The notes: generated by a model from the sequence alone, not told the origin. 64,000 nucleotides of DNA from Candidatus Sumerlaeaceae bacterium (GCA_051003195.1 JBPCLP010000009.1:150618-214617), one strand, 5' to 3'; shown: positions 20,736 through 32,500, numbered from the stretch's first letter. A program made the numbers and translations.

Positions 20736-21950
20736 CTACCGCCCCAGCGGATAAACGTAGGCTTTGCCATCAGTACTGGTACTGGTGGGAGCCGGAGCAC
20801 CTACCGCAAGCCGATTACCCTTCATAAGCAGTACCGACGCGCCATAGTTCTCCTCACTCACGGGCACAGGAGACCGGAAGTCGCCTATAAACGCACCAAG
20901 TTTCAGGTCAAACAGCTCGGCCTTCCCGCCGTTGCTGGCGGCTTCATCGTGCCTCGGACTGCCTATGGCGATCCGTTTACTATCCACGGATAAGCTCGCG
21001 CCGAAATCCGCGTTCGACTGCGGCGAAGCGGAATTGTAAACGCGAACAGCAGTCCAGGTTTTCGTCTCATACTGGAACACCGCGCCTGCGCTGAATACGA
21101 AACCAAGAAACGGATTCCCGACATGCTGCGCCGGCGCTCCCACGAACAAATGCTTTCCTGAAAATGCAACCGCACTCCCGAACAGCGGTCCATTCAGGAA
21201 GTCTCCACCAATAATCGTTGTGATATACGCGAGAGTCTTCGCATCGTAAATGTATACCACACCCGTGTTCGGCGTACTACCCACCAATGCACCAGGCGCA
21301 CCGACCGCAATAAACCGGGTTGAAACAGCCACTGCAGCGCCGGCGCGGTCACCATCTTCGTACGAGGGCAACGGTAACCGTTGAACGACGAAATCTGTTT
21401 TGCGCGCAACAAAAGCACTGCCGCTCAAATCCCCTTCGGTTCCGCCGACATCTCCCGGTGCGCCTATTACCATCAGCTTTGTGCTCATTGCCACCGACTT
21501 GCCGAACTCGTCATTGGTTGCTGGCGCCGGGTTAGAAAGCGTGGGGCTATTGCCAATCTTTTCATTATAGTACATGGCTTCACCTGCGTGGCCAAATCCA
21601 CCTGCGGTCTTACCCGGATAACCGACCAGCACCTCGAACTTTGTGGTCGCCAGGGACCAGCCTTCCTGCTGATTCGCCTGGATGGGCGTATTAAGGCGCA
21701 CGAATCCGTCCAATGTTTTAGAATCGAAGGTATGTACCCAACCGGCGCCCGCTCCTGCCGGAACACGGTCATATCCCGGAGCTCCAACATACAGGTACTT
21801 GCTGGATGCCGCAAGCGCCTGCCCGAATCTCGCGCTGGCTGTGTCCAGGTCCAAATCCCACGGCTCCAATGTCACCGCGTCCTGCGCTATGAGGGGGGCG
21901 CAGCACAGCAGCGCCCCTGCAAAAATGGTGTTCCGGAGTGAATGGACCAT
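20736..21950 (-). CDS. Secreted FG-GAP repeat beta-propeller protein
   Basis: Signal peptide; about seven FG-x-S/A...VGAP repeats. Confidence 0.85.
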   Translation of the reverse strand: MVHSLRNTIFAGALLCCAPLIAQDAVTLEPWDLDLDTASARFGQALAASSKYLYVGAPGYDRVPAGAGAGWVHTFDSKTLDGFVRLNTPIQANQQEGWSLATTKFEVLVGYPGKTAGGFGHAGEAMYYNEKIGNSPTLSNPAPATNDEFGKSVAMSTKLMVIGAPGDVGGTEGDLSGSAFVARKTDFVVQRLPLPSYEDGDRAGAAVAVSTRFIAVGAPGALVGSTPNTGVVYIYDAKTLAYITTIIGGDFLNGPLFGSAVAFSGKHLFVGAPAQHVGNPFLGFVFSAGAVFQYETKTWTAVRVYNSASPQSNADFGASLSVDSKRIAIGSPRHDEAASNGGKAELFDLKLGAFIGDFRSPVPVSEENYGASVLLMKGNRLAVGAPAPTSTSTDGKAYVYPLGR

Positions 21951-22014
21951 TGGGTTCCCCTTTTCTGAATTAATCTACGTTACAACCGGCACGATCCGCA
22001 ACGGTATTCGACGT

Positions 22015-22878
22015 TCAGCCGAGCTGCTCCTTGGCATTATTCCACAGGCGGTCCATCTCTTCCAGTGTCAGAGACTCCAGCTTTCGTTGCTGCGCATGCG
22101 TATTGGCTTCAATAAACTCAAACCTCGCCTGGAACTTGTTGCACGTTTGGCGGAGGCACTCCTCGGCGTCCAGCTTAAGAAACCGCGAAAGGTTTACGAG
22201 CGAAAACAGGACGTCGCCGAGCTCCAGAACGATCTCGGGATTCCGGGCTTCCGGCTTAGGATCTGCAGGCTGTGTCTGTGCGCGCAGTGCTTCCCGGAGT
22301 TCCCGGATCTCTTCCTCAATCTTATCCAGTACGCCCATTGCATCTGGCCAGTCGAATCCCACTCGCGCGGCTTTTTCCTGGAGTCGCTGTGCGCGTAGAA
22401 GTGAAGGTAGATTGCGCGGCACGTGGGCCAGGATACTGGGGGAGGGAGATTCGATGTCGACGGAACTGGTCGCCCCGGCGGCGGCTTTCTGCTGGCGCTC
22501 TGCCGCCTTCAAATTCTCCCAGTTGTGCAGCACATCCGCCGCCGTCTTTGCTTCCATTTCGCCGAACACATGTGGATGGCGGCGCACCATCTTTGTCGCG
22601 GCGGCATGACTGACATCATCAATGCTGAACCGCCCGGTGCGTTTTGCCAGCACGGAGTGGAAAACAACCTGGAGCAGGACATCGCCGAGTTCCTCGGCCA
22701 ACGCAACATCGTCGCCCCGGTCGATGGCGTCAAGCGCCTCATAAGCTTCTTCAATCATATAGGGTTTGAGCGACGCGTGCGTCTGCTCAAGGTCCCACGG
22801 GCATCCGTCGGGCTCTTGAAGACGTTCCATGATGCGCACGAGTCGACGAAAGGAATCTGTGATATCTTCGTAAGGCAT
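22015..22878 (-). CDS. mazG: Nucleoside triphosphate pyrophosphohydrolase MazG
   Basis: GCPWDLEQT, EEAYE, EELGDVLLQVVFH, RRHPHVFG, GFDW, ELGDVLFSLVN. Confidence 0.95.
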   Translation of the reverse strand: MPYEDITDSFRRLVRIMERLQEPDGCPWDLEQTHASLKPYMIEEAYEALDAIDRGDDVALAEELGDVLLQVVFHSVLAKRTGRFSIDDVSHAAATKMVRRHPHVFGEMEAKTAADVLHNWENLKAAERQQKAAAGATSSVDIESPSPSILAHVPRNLPSLLRAQRLQEKAARVGFDWPDAMGVLDKIEEEIRELREALRAQTQPADPKPEARNPEIVLELGDVLFSLVNLSRFLKLDAEECLRQTCNKFQARFEFIEANTHAQQRKLESLTLEEMDRLWNNAKEQLG

Positions 22879-23016
22879 AAGTCTAGCCCGCCCATCTTCA
22901 ACTCGCACTGCAAAGCAGAAATACCAGCCCGTCTGCGCCACGCACCTCCCATCCCGACCACCTGCGCCGCTTTCCGCTGGAATGTTTCCCCCTGCGCCAC
23001 AGTACCGTTTTTGGCC

Positions 23017-24153
23017 ATGAAAACCCAACTGTCCTTCGATGTCCGCGCGGAGTTTCCCGTCAAAGAGCGCTATGCCTTCATGAACCATGCCGGCGTCGCC
23101 CCGCTGCCGGCCAGCTGCCAGGCCGCCATCAGCGAGTTTGCGCGGGATGCGGCCGAGGAAGGACCCGTCAATTATCCGGCATGGCTGCACGCGATGAGTA
23201 TGACCCGGCAAAATGCAGGCACGTTGCTAAACTGCGAGCCGGACGACATCTGCTTCACCAAGAACACCAACCACGGGCTGATGATCGCCGCCAATTCCAT
23301 CAACTGGAAGGCCGGTGATAACGTGGTTGGACTTGAGCACGAGTTCCCGGCCAATATTATTCCATGGAAAAATCTCGCACGCCTTGGCGTTGAACTTCGA
23401 CTCGTTCCGGAGCGCGCCGATTACACCTATTCAGTCGAAGAGATTGCTGCGCGTATGGACGACCGCACGCGTCTGCTCGCAGTGAGTTGGGTCGAGTACT
23501 CGACAGGCGTGCGAAACGACATCGCCGCGCTCAGTGCGCTGTGCCGCGAGCGCAACGTTCTGTTCTGCCTCGATGCGATCCAGGGCCTGGGGGCTCTGCC
23601 GCTCGATCTCCAGGAAATCCATGTCGACTTTCTCAGCGCCGACGGGCACAAGTGGATGCTCGCCCCGGAGGGTTGCGGAGTCCTTTACGTTCGCCGCGAG
23701 CTGATTCCGGAACTCAACACGAGCATGGCCGGATGGTGCGGACTGCGAAACCCTCAGGATTATGACAACACCGAGCAGCCATACAAGCCGAACGCCCGCC
23801 GCTTTGAAGAGGGCAGTCATAACCTGATGTCCATCCGTGCGTTTGGCACGTCGCTGCAGGTGCTGCTCGACGCCGGGATTCAAAACGTCGAGGAACGCAT
23901 CCGCTCGTTGACGACACAGATCATCGAAGGTGTGCGCCGCAAGGGATACGCGGTTGTAACGCCGGAACCGTGGGAACTGCGCGCGGGGATTGTGAGCTTC
24001 CACAAGCCAGGAGTCGACCCGACCCCGATTTTTCAGGAGCTCATGCGCGAACATAAGATCGTCATTGCCGCCCGTCGCGGCTGGCTCCGTGCATCACCGC
24101 ACTTCTATAACGACGAGGAAGAGATCGATCGTCTGGTAACTGCGCTGCCATAG
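23017..24153 (+). CDS. Class V PLP-dependent aminotransferase / cysteine desulfurase-like protein
   Basis: MNHAGVAP, LDAIQGLG, DGHKWMLAPEG, RFEEG, RASPHFYN. Confidence 0.85.
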   Translation: MKTQLSFDVRAEFPVKERYAFMNHAGVAPLPASCQAAISEFARDAAEEGPVNYPAWLHAMSMTRQNAGTLLNCEPDDICFTKNTNHGLMIAANSINWKAGDNVVGLEHEFPANIIPWKNLARLGVELRLVPERADYTYSVEEIAARMDDRTRLLAVSWVEYSTGVRNDIAALSALCRERNVLFCLDAIQGLGALPLDLQEIHVDFLSADGHKWMLAPEGCGVLYVRRELIPELNTSMAGWCGLRNPQDYDNTEQPYKPNARRFEEGSHNLMSIRAFGTSLQVLLDAGIQNVEERIRSLTTQIIEGVRRKGYAVVTPEPWELRAGIVSFHKPGVDPTPIFQELMREHKIVIAARRGWLRASPHFYNDEEEIDRLVTALP

Positions 24154-24195
24154 CGTTGCTGATTACTTGGTGCGTATTCACGTGGGAGGCTAACC

Positions 24196-26247
24196 ATTCG
24201 CGTCAGAGTTGTAACCGTTCTACGGTATATTGTACTGTTTTGTAGCTGCACAGCCGCCAGTGCATGTATTGCAGCAGCCCGGGCGCCGGCAGACGCAAAA
24301 CCGACCAGCTGGACAGTTATGGGTCGCGTGTCACTGTCCAACGGTTCTCCAGCAGCCCACGCATCGCTACGGGTATTCGGCTATGAGCAAACAACCGGCA
24401 CATCCAGAGCAGTCGAGAAAACTGTGGCGACCGCGCACTCAGGTGAAGACGGTAGATATAGCCTATCGTTTGCGACCGCGCCAACGTATCCATTTCTCGC
24501 CGTCCAACATCCCGGCAGTGCGTTTATTAAGGTAATGCTGTGGCAGTTGCTCAGGCCCGAGCCCGCGAACGACACGACAGCAGGGCAAATCGAGCACAAC
24601 GTCGTACTCATTCCTGAAGCCCACGTCAGCGGGAAGGTGGTTCACCTAGAGAATGGCTCCCCCGCGACAGGAATTTTGCTGTCAGCGGAATCGGGGAAAC
24701 GGTATTCCAGTGAAACGGTTTTCAGTGACACCTGCTTAACATCCAGCAGCGCGGATGGATCCTTCGAAATGCATGGCCTGCCAGAAGGCAAGTGCACGCT
24801 GACTGTACACCAGCCCGGTTACGTTCCCACGCAGCTCGATCTGATTGCTCCTGTGACTGATGTGAATGTGCGGGTCTCCACTAAAGGAGCCCGGATACAC
24901 GGACAGGTGCTATCGCGCGAAAACCGTCGTCCGGCGATACATACCTCAGTGACTCTTGCCCTGATTGTCGCAAACGAGAGATCCAAAGGATGGCACCGAT
25001 TCGGCGAGCCGGTGGCTACCGACGGCAATGGCGAGTTTGCATTCAGTCAGTTGCCTTCTGGCAGCTACTTGCTTTTCGTGCCACCCTCAGAAACGAGTGT
25101 GCCCGTAAATCTCGCGGAGCAGGAGACAACTACCGGCATCGTGCTGCTGAGTCACAGCGGCTACACTGTTCACGGTGGAGTCCTTGACGCCCACACCAGC
25201 CAGCCGCTTTCAGGAGTGAAAATAGGATGGGGCGACGTTGGCGCGAAGAATGGCAGTTTTGTGCGCTCAGACAGTACGGGCCAATACAGCCTAAATGGCG
25301 TGTTTCCGGACTCCGACGCCAGGCAGGTGCTGTTTGCGCAATTTGAGGGATACGAGTTGGTTGGGGGCAGGAGTTTCTATAAACGACCGCGTGTGCAGGT
25401 AGTGTTCCCAGGCAGCAAGCTCGATCTGATGCAGGACTTGCTCATGGTACAGACTGTCCCCGTCAGGGGAAAAGTCATGCATACGGATGGACGTGCTGCC
25501 ACAGGCGCAGCAGTGGACATCGGCGATCAGAACAACCCGGTGATGTACGATTTCAGCGGCACCAAATCCGCCACCGATGGTACGTTTACGCTGCAGGGGT
25601 CTCCGAACACCAGGGCAATCGTCAGTGCGCAACTGGCGCCGTTTCCCGTGGCTATTTCGAAAGTGATCTCAATTACCAGCAATAGCGCTCCCTTCGTGGA
25701 GCTTGTTCTGCGGCCATCGTCTCACATCGTAGGATCGGTAATCGGGCCAGACAATAAGCCTGTGGCCAAGGCGATGGTTCGAGGCACAGAAGAGACGTCG
25801 CAACCGGCTGTGACGGATGACGACGGACGGTTTGTCATGGAGAAAAAAAACTCCCGAAGCCCGCAGGTGGGGTTATTCGCCGAAAAAAAGGGCTACAGCC
25901 GTAGCGAATGGACTCACTTCAATCTGGAAACGGGTCAGAGTACGGAGGGGCTCACACTGCGGCTGGGAACCTCGCATTTTTTGCGAGGCAAAGTGACGGA
26001 TGCTTCAGGTAACCCAATTGGTGGTGTCTCGCTGAAGTTGGAAAGAGCCGACGGATCTATGCTATTCTATGGACGCTTGAAAACGGAAGAGGACGGCACC
26101 TTTCGATTGGAGGATCTTCCTCCGGGAATGGTAAAACTAACAGTGGACCCGTGGCCGGCGCAAACAATGAACTATCAAAGAAAAGTGCTGCCGGGACTTG
26201 CGGTCGATCAGGAGAACCTGCAGGTTGTGCTGGAGCGACAGCAATAA
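24196..26247 (+). CDS. Exported carboxypeptidase-regulatory-like (CarboxypepD_reg) repeat protein
   Basis: Repeated G-x-V...P..GA-x-V...TD-x-x-G-x-F modules; first ATG at 24319, but an in-frame signal peptide begins at ATT 24196 after GGGAGG. Confidence 0.7.
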   Translation: MRVRVVTVLRYIVLFCSCTAASACIAAARAPADAKPTSWTVMGRVSLSNGSPAAHASLRVFGYEQTTGTSRAVEKTVATAHSGEDGRYSLSFATAPTYPFLAVQHPGSAFIKVMLWQLLRPEPANDTTAGQIEHNVVLIPEAHVSGKVVHLENGSPATGILLSAESGKRYSSETVFSDTCLTSSSADGSFEMHGLPEGKCTLTVHQPGYVPTQLDLIAPVTDVNVRVSTKGARIHGQVLSRENRRPAIHTSVTLALIVANERSKGWHRFGEPVATDGNGEFAFSQLPSGSYLLFVPPSETSVPVNLAEQETTTGIVLLSHSGYTVHGGVLDAHTSQPLSGVKIGWGDVGAKNGSFVRSDSTGQYSLNGVFPDSDARQVLFAQFEGYELVGGRSFYKRPRVQVVFPGSKLDLMQDLLMVQTVPVRGKVMHTDGRAATGAAVDIGDQNNPVMYDFSGTKSATDGTFTLQGSPNTRAIVSAQLAPFPVAISKVISITSNSAPFVELVLRPSSHIVGSVIGPDNKPVAKAMVRGTEETSQPAVTDDDGRFVMEKKNSRSPQVGLFAEKKGYSRSEWTHFNLETGQSTEGLTLRLGTSHFLRGKVTDASGNPIGGVSLKLERADGSMLFYGRLKTEEDGTFRLEDLPPGMVKLTVDPWPAQTMNYQRKVLPGLAVDQENLQVVLERQQ

Positions 26248-26393
26248 GGCACGGTTGCACTGCACGAACCAGCAAGCTGCGCAAATGCAAAGCGGCAGCA
26301 ATCCGCGGCGGCGGACGGCACTCCAAAGAATGGTTGGTAAATACGCTGCCATTCTGCTTGTTTGTGCTAAGCAACTGAGGGCAAGGATTGGGA

Positions 26394-27698
26394 ATGACGC
26401 TTATCGAGACGATGGAACGTAAGGCAGCGTTAGAGCACGCGGGGGGAAGCTCCGTCCGCGATCTCGCCGGGCGAGCGCGGGCCGCCGCGTCGAAGCTCTC
26501 CACACTCCGCCCCGACGTAAAGAACAACGCGCTTCGCGCAATGGCGGACGCTTTCGTCGCCAACAGGGAAGCGATTAAAGCGGAGAACGAAAAAGACGTT
26601 TCTGCCGGGCGAGCCAAAGGTCTCTCTTCCGCTATGCTGGACCGCCTCATCCTCACTGACAAACGCATCGACGCGATGGCAGACGGACTGCGACAGGTTG
26701 CGCAGCTCGACGACCCGATCGGCGAAATCTACGACATGAAAACGCGACCCAACGGCTTACGCGTCGGGCGCATGCGCGTACCCATCGGCGTTATCGGTTT
26801 CATATACGAATCGCGACCCAACGTCACCGCAGATGCCGGCGCGCTGTGCGTCAAAAGCGGCAACGCGATCGTTCTGCGTGGCGGAAGCGAAGCCATACAC
26901 TCCAACCGTATCCTCGCGCGCCTGATGGACGAAGCCGGCGCCGCAGGCGGGCTGCCGCCCGACGCCATCAAACTTGTCCAGACAACCGACCGCACCGCGG
27001 TCAACGAAATGCTCAAGCTGAACGGGCTGATCGATCTAATCATCCCGCGCGGCGGCAAGTCTCTCATTGAGATGGTCATGCGCGAAAGCACGATCCCGGT
27101 CATCAAGCACTACGACGGTATCTGTCATGTCTACGTCGACGAATCCGCCGACCTCGACATCGCCGAGCGCGTAGTCGTGAACTCCAAGTGCCAGCGCCCG
27201 GGCGTCTGCAACGCCGCCGAAAGCCTGATCGTCCATCGTGCCGTAGCAGACGAATTCCTGCCGAGGGTCGGCAAGGCGCTTGCCGCGAACGGCGTGGAAA
27301 TGCGCGCCGACGCGCGGGCACTTCCACTGTTGCCAAAGGAAAAGTCCCGGTCCGCAACGGATGAAGATTTTACGACGGAGTTCCTCGATCTGATCATGGC
27401 TGTGGGTGTTGTCGATTCTACCGACGACGCCGTCGATTGGATCAACACGCACGGCTCCAGGCATACGGAGTCCATCGTCACCCGCAACCAGACGAGCGAA
27501 TGGAAGTTTATCAGCGGCGTCGACTCCGCCTGTGTGCACGTCAACACGTCCACGCGCTTTTCCGATGGCGGAGAGTACGGCATGGGCTGCGAGATAGGCA
27601 TCTCTACCGAAAAACTCCATGCCCGCGGTCCCATGGGACTTAAAGAACTCACGACCAGCAAGTTCGTGGTCTTCGGCGAGGGCCAGATTCGGGAGTAG
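26394..27698 (+). CDS. proA: Gamma-glutamyl phosphate reductase
   Basis: IYESRPNVT, LRGGSEA, IPRGG, CNAAE, STRFSDGGEYG, ISTEKLHARGPMGL. Confidence 0.97.
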   Translation: MTLIETMERKAALEHAGGSSVRDLAGRARAAASKLSTLRPDVKNNALRAMADAFVANREAIKAENEKDVSAGRAKGLSSAMLDRLILTDKRIDAMADGLRQVAQLDDPIGEIYDMKTRPNGLRVGRMRVPIGVIGFIYESRPNVTADAGALCVKSGNAIVLRGGSEAIHSNRILARLMDEAGAAGGLPPDAIKLVQTTDRTAVNEMLKLNGLIDLIIPRGGKSLIEMVMRESTIPVIKHYDGICHVYVDESADLDIAERVVVNSKCQRPGVCNAAESLIVHRAVADEFLPRVGKALAANGVEMRADARALPLLPKEKSRSATDEDFTTEFLDLIMAVGVVDSTDDAVDWINTHGSRHTESIVTRNQTSEWKFISGVDSACVHVNTSTRFSDGGEYGMGCEIGISTEKLHARGPMGLKELTTSKFVVFGEGQIRE

Positions 27699-27787
27699 CT
27701 GCCGACAGCAATTCCGCTATAGACAGCCCGATATCCCGGATCGAAGACCGAGATCATTAAAGCACTACCAAGGAGCGCGCTTCGCCC

Positions 27788-28348
27788 ATGGCAGATCAGG
27801 AAAACGACACGCAGCCGGAAAACGAAACCAGCGGTGGTTTTGCAGTCCCCCAGGGTTACCGCTATAATCTGGATTCGCTCGAGGAGTATCTCGCCACGGG
27901 CGAGCGGATCGCCAATGAAGGCCGGCTCGACGAAGCGGTCGACCTTATGCGCGAGGCGACACAGCGGTACCCGGATAGCCCGACTGGCCGGTACAATTTG
28001 GGCGTCGCACTGTTTCTTCGTCTGCGCGAGGACAAGCAGCATCTGGATTTATGGGAAGACCTGGCCGATGACGAGCAACTCGCCGATGAAGCGATGGTAA
28101 GCCTTGAAGCCGCCATCGAGCGCGACGGCGGATTCATCCAGGCTTACAATAACCTGGCACGCATCTACGCATTACGCGGGCGGAGCGACGATGCTATCAG
28201 GACCTGGGAGCGAAGCCTCTCGATCCAGCCGGATCAGCCGACCGTGCAGGCAGAAATGGAACTGTACCTGTCGCGAATGGGCCCAACCGACCGTGACAAA
28301 GAAGAAAAGCGCACGCTCGACGAGGAGCAGCCACCAATCGGGGAGTGA
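27788..28348 (+). CDS. Tetratricopeptide repeat protein
   Basis: YNLGVAL and AYNNLARIY TPR motifs; AAGGAG SD. Confidence 0.8.
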   Translation: MADQENDTQPENETSGGFAVPQGYRYNLDSLEEYLATGERIANEGRLDEAVDLMREATQRYPDSPTGRYNLGVALFLRLREDKQHLDLWEDLADDEQLADEAMVSLEAAIERDGGFIQAYNNLARIYALRGRSDDAIRTWERSLSIQPDQPTVQAEMELYLSRMGPTDRDKEEKRTLDEEQPPIGE

Positions 28349-28439
28349 TTGTAGTAAGCAGGTTGCTGCATCGCGCACCCTTCTTCTGTAGCTTATTGCT
28401 CGGTTGCATCCGCGCGCAGTGGCACGCAAAAACCTGGGT

Positions 28440-29555
28440 ATGACCAACAACGCTGCCGCACCCAAAGGCATTCTATGCCTTAGCCACCTTGCATGGGAAA
28501 CCACGCTTTTCCAGCGTCCGCAGCAGCTGATGCAGCAGTTTGCCGGTCGTGGTTACCGCGTGAGCTACGTTGGATGTGTCGGCCTGCGGCGCAAACGCCA
28601 GCTTGCGCAAAGCGGAAGCATTCCCAACTTGAAATGGACACACAGCGGTTACTCAGCGCAGCCCGGTAAACTGGCTGCAGTCCGCCAGCGGGTGGCCGTA
28701 TATGAAATGAAACAGCTGCTGCCGGATCCCGTTCCGATTGTGTGGCTCTATCATCCTTCGCTGCTGTCGCTGGTGCAAAGCCTGCCGCGCAAGTTGCTCG
28801 TTTATGATGTGATGGATCGCTTCGACGCTTTTGCTGCAGGCGCCGAGTCCGCTGCGGCGGATGAACGCATTTTGCTCGAGCAGGCTGACGTTATATTTAC
28901 GGGCGGAGCCAGCCTGCAGACCGCCATAGAGCAGAAGATTTCCGGGTTGCCGCGAACTGGCGTCGCGCCTGCGTGCTTTGCCAGCGGCCTGGATTTTTCG
29001 CACTTTGCTGCGGCTGCGAGCGAAGCAATGAGCACCGCTGCGGATATTGCAACGCTTCCAAGGCCCATATTCGGCTATTTCGGTGCCGTCGACGAACGGA
29101 TAGATTATGAACTTCTGTCCCGTCTGGCACAAACCGGCGGAAGCGTTGTGCTCGTCGGCCCGCAAATTACGCCGGCCCCGGATGCCTTGCCCGCGAACGT
29201 CCATCTGCTAGGACCACGCCCTTACTCCGAGCTGCCGAGCTATCTTCACGGGTTCGACGTGTGCCTGCTTCCGTTCTGCCAGTCGCCGCTTGTCGACCAC
29301 ATCAGCCCTACCAAAACACCGGAGTACCTTGCCGGCGGCAAACCCGTCGTCAGCATGATGATACCGGACGTTGCGACCGCGTATGGCGACGTGGTGAAGA
29401 TCGCCAATTCAGCAGAGGAATTTGTAAACGCCTGCCGCGCGGCTGCCACAGAGGTCGCAAACATCCAACACCTGCAGTCGGCTGCAAAGCGTGCACGCAC
29501 ATGGGAGCAGATCGCGGAGCAGATGGACTCAGTTCTGCAGCAGCGACTCACGTGA
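28440..29555 (+). CDS. Glycosyltransferase (GT-B, family 4-like)
   Basis: FQRPQQLM, YDVMD, GYFGAVDERID, SPTKTPEYLAGGKPVVS. Confidence 0.85.
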   Translation: MTNNAAAPKGILCLSHLAWETTLFQRPQQLMQQFAGRGYRVSYVGCVGLRRKRQLAQSGSIPNLKWTHSGYSAQPGKLAAVRQRVAVYEMKQLLPDPVPIVWLYHPSLLSLVQSLPRKLLVYDVMDRFDAFAAGAESAAADERILLEQADVIFTGGASLQTAIEQKISGLPRTGVAPACFASGLDFSHFAAAASEAMSTAADIATLPRPIFGYFGAVDERIDYELLSRLAQTGGSVVLVGPQITPAPDALPANVHLLGPRPYSELPSYLHGFDVCLLPFCQSPLVDHISPTKTPEYLAGGKPVVSMMIPDVATAYGDVVKIANSAEEFVNACRAAATEVANIQHLQSAAKRARTWEQIAEQMDSVLQQRLT

Positions 29556-32500
29556 TTCCCCATCCACTGACGCAACAGGTGCGAGTTGCGCTGGAAGGCG
29601 GGCTGCTGGAGCACCCCGGATTTCTTAGCGCTGAGCAAAGCACCGCCAACGTTCGCCTGCTCGCGCCGCACTTCCCCAACGTCCAGGAACTGGCCGCACT
29701 CATTGACACAATCGGCAAAAGCGCGGCCCCGGACATGGCACTCAATAACCTGGAGCGTTTTATTGTCTCCTCGCACGCACAACGGCAAATTGGCGAACTC
29801 ATCAGCGACAGGGATGACGTTCGCCATGCTCTTGTTACCCTGTTCGCTGGCAGCCAGTTCTTGTCCGAGGTGCTGATTGCGCAACCCGGCGCGTTTGATT
29901 GGCTGATAGAGCACAACCAGCTCTGGAGTGTTCGCACTGCTGCCTACTATCGCGAGACTGTACGCGAGCAGATCGAAGGCCTTACGGAACTGGTCGAACA
30001 ACGCCGGGTGTTGAACCGGTGGCGACGTCGGGAAATGCTGCGCATCGGAATGCGGGACCTTCTTGTCCTCGCCACGATGGAAGAAGTCACTCGTGACATA
30101 TCCGACCTGGCGCAGGCAATCATCCATCTTGCCGCCGAGCTGACGTACCAGCAGACCGCAAAGAAGTACGGACACCCGGTTTCGGAAAGCGCCAGTTGGG
30201 ATACCAGCTTCGATTCAGTCGCGCCTGGAGAAGATGCGCCGCTTCCTGCCGCCGCCGGTATGTGCGTGCTCGGGATGGGAAAACTCGGAGGACGAGAGCT
30301 GAACTTCTCGTCCGACATCGATCTCGTCTTTATCTACGAAGCCGAAGGGCAAACCACCGGTCGTTTCGATGGCACTCGGCGGGTGGCGGTAACCAGCAAC
30401 CACTCGTTCTTTGCGCGGATGGGCCAGGCGCTTGTGAAGTTTCTCGCTGAGCGCGGACCGGACGGCAATCTTTTCCGCGTCGATATGCGCCTGCGCCCCG
30501 AAGGCCAGGACGGCCCGCTGGTGCGATCCCTTGAATCCTTTATAACCTATCTCAGTTCCCAGGCCCGCGACTGGGAGCGCATTGCGTACCTTAAAGCGCG
30601 CGTGTTGTCGGGACCGTCGCATCTTACCGAGCGGCTATACCGTGTCGTGTCGCGGTTCGTCTATGCAGGCGTGGAGGCAGCCCAGATCATCCGCGAAATC
30701 CAGGAGCTGAAACTCCGCATCGACCGCGAAGTGATAATCAGCGACCTGTACGAGCGCGAAGTGAAACGCGGTTACGGCGGCATTCGCGAGATCGAGTTCG
30801 TCGTCGCCGCCATGCAGATCATTCACGGATACACGCATCATGCGCTACGCGTGCGCAATGTGTTCCTCGCCGTACAGCGCTTGCAGGAGGTCCACATTCT
30901 TTCAGACGAGGAAGCGATGTTCTACCTGCGCGCTTACAGTTTCCTCCGGCTCATCGAGCATCGCCTGCAAATGGCCGAGGAGCACCAGACGCACACGTTG
31001 CCGGCCGATCCGCACCAGCTTGAGCAACTCGCCCGCCGATGTGGCTATGTCAGCGCCGCGGCCTTTGAGACACATTATCGCGAAACCACGCACGAGGTAC
31101 ATCGCCGGTTTATCGTCTTTTTCGAAGAAGACGTTGCCCTTCTGGACGAAGAAAAGAAAGACCTCCTGCTCATCACCGACCGCGATGCGCCCCCCGATGA
31201 AGTCGCAAAGGCACTGCAGCGGCGCGGTATCAATCATCCGGAAGCCGTGCGTCTGCTTCACGTGCTGGCGTTCGGAACGCGGGAAGTATTTGTCTCGCCC
31301 GAGGGCCAGCGCTCGTTCCAGCAGATGCTTCCGTCGCTGCTGCGCCTCACTGCAGCCGCGCCGCTGCCGGGACGCGTATTGCCAAATCTACACTCCTTCG
31401 CCATGGCAATGAAAGGCATCACCTACTATTATGAAGTTATTGCTCAGCATCCGGAAATTTTGCGGATGCTTGTGCTGCTGTTTGGCACCAGTAACTTTTA
31501 CTCGCAGGCTCTGATTGCGCAGCCGGAGTACTTTGATGCCCTGATTTCAAGCCGCGTACTTGAAGAAGTCGATGCCGATGAAGCCGCGAAGCGCCAGCGG
31601 ATGTCCGCTGTCCTCCAGGGCAAGCTGCAACAGCGCAAGTTAACGATGCTGCGTCGCGCCACACACTTCGAAAACCTGCTCACGGCCCTGCGCTATCTCC
31701 TCAAACTGCGCCCGCTTGCCGATTGTCTGCGGCAGCTCAGTACAACTGCCGATCTTTGCATTGATGTCGGGATGCGGCTTGTTGCGGAGAAGATCAGTTC
31801 AAAAAACGAGCCTATGGATCGCGGAGTGGCCGACGCGCTTTACGAGTCCGTCAAGCAAACCTTCGCCGTAATCGCATTTGGGAAATACGGCGGCCAGGAG
31901 CTGAACTTCTTTGGCGACCTCGATGTGGTGTTTGTGTTCAAAGAAGCAGAGCGCGCGCAGGCCCTTGCTGCTCAATACGATCTCAGCCTTGGCGCTTTTT
32001 ATACTTCGGTGGCGGACACACTGACCTTCGTACTTTCGGAAAATATACAGGGCGGGCGTGCCTACGTTCTGGACGCCCGTTTGCGGCCGCACGGACGCAA
32101 CGCCCCTCACGCCACGCCGCTCTCACAATACGTCGAATACCTGTCGCACGAAGCCCAGATATGGGAACTGCAATCGCTTACGCGAGCACGCCTTGTCTGG
32201 GGCGATTCGGAAAGTTTGGACCAGGTGCAGGATGCTGCAAAGGCCCGCATTGAGACCACCAAAACGAAAACGTTGCAGCAGCAATTCCATGCTATGCGCA
32301 TGCGCCTGGAAGCCGCTGCCGCCGAAGACCACGAACCGTCCCACATGGAGTTCAAACGTGCAGCCGGCGGACTGGTGGACATTGAATTTCTTCTACAGTA
32401 TCTCGCCCTTGCGAAGGGCGTCCATGTTTCCGCGAACTACTTTGACGCGCTTGCCGATGCCAGGCTGGATGCACCACTGATTGGTCAACGCGAGCGGCTC

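Noticed and set aside
22423..23211. Apparent long overlap of the mazG and aminotransferase ORFs
   Set aside because: Artefact of upstream alternative starts; homology begins at 22878 (-) and 23017 (+), leaving a normal divergent gap.
29261..29551. N-terminal extension of glnE
   Set aside because: Overlaps the GT gene; GTG 29552 gives a standard GTGA overlap.
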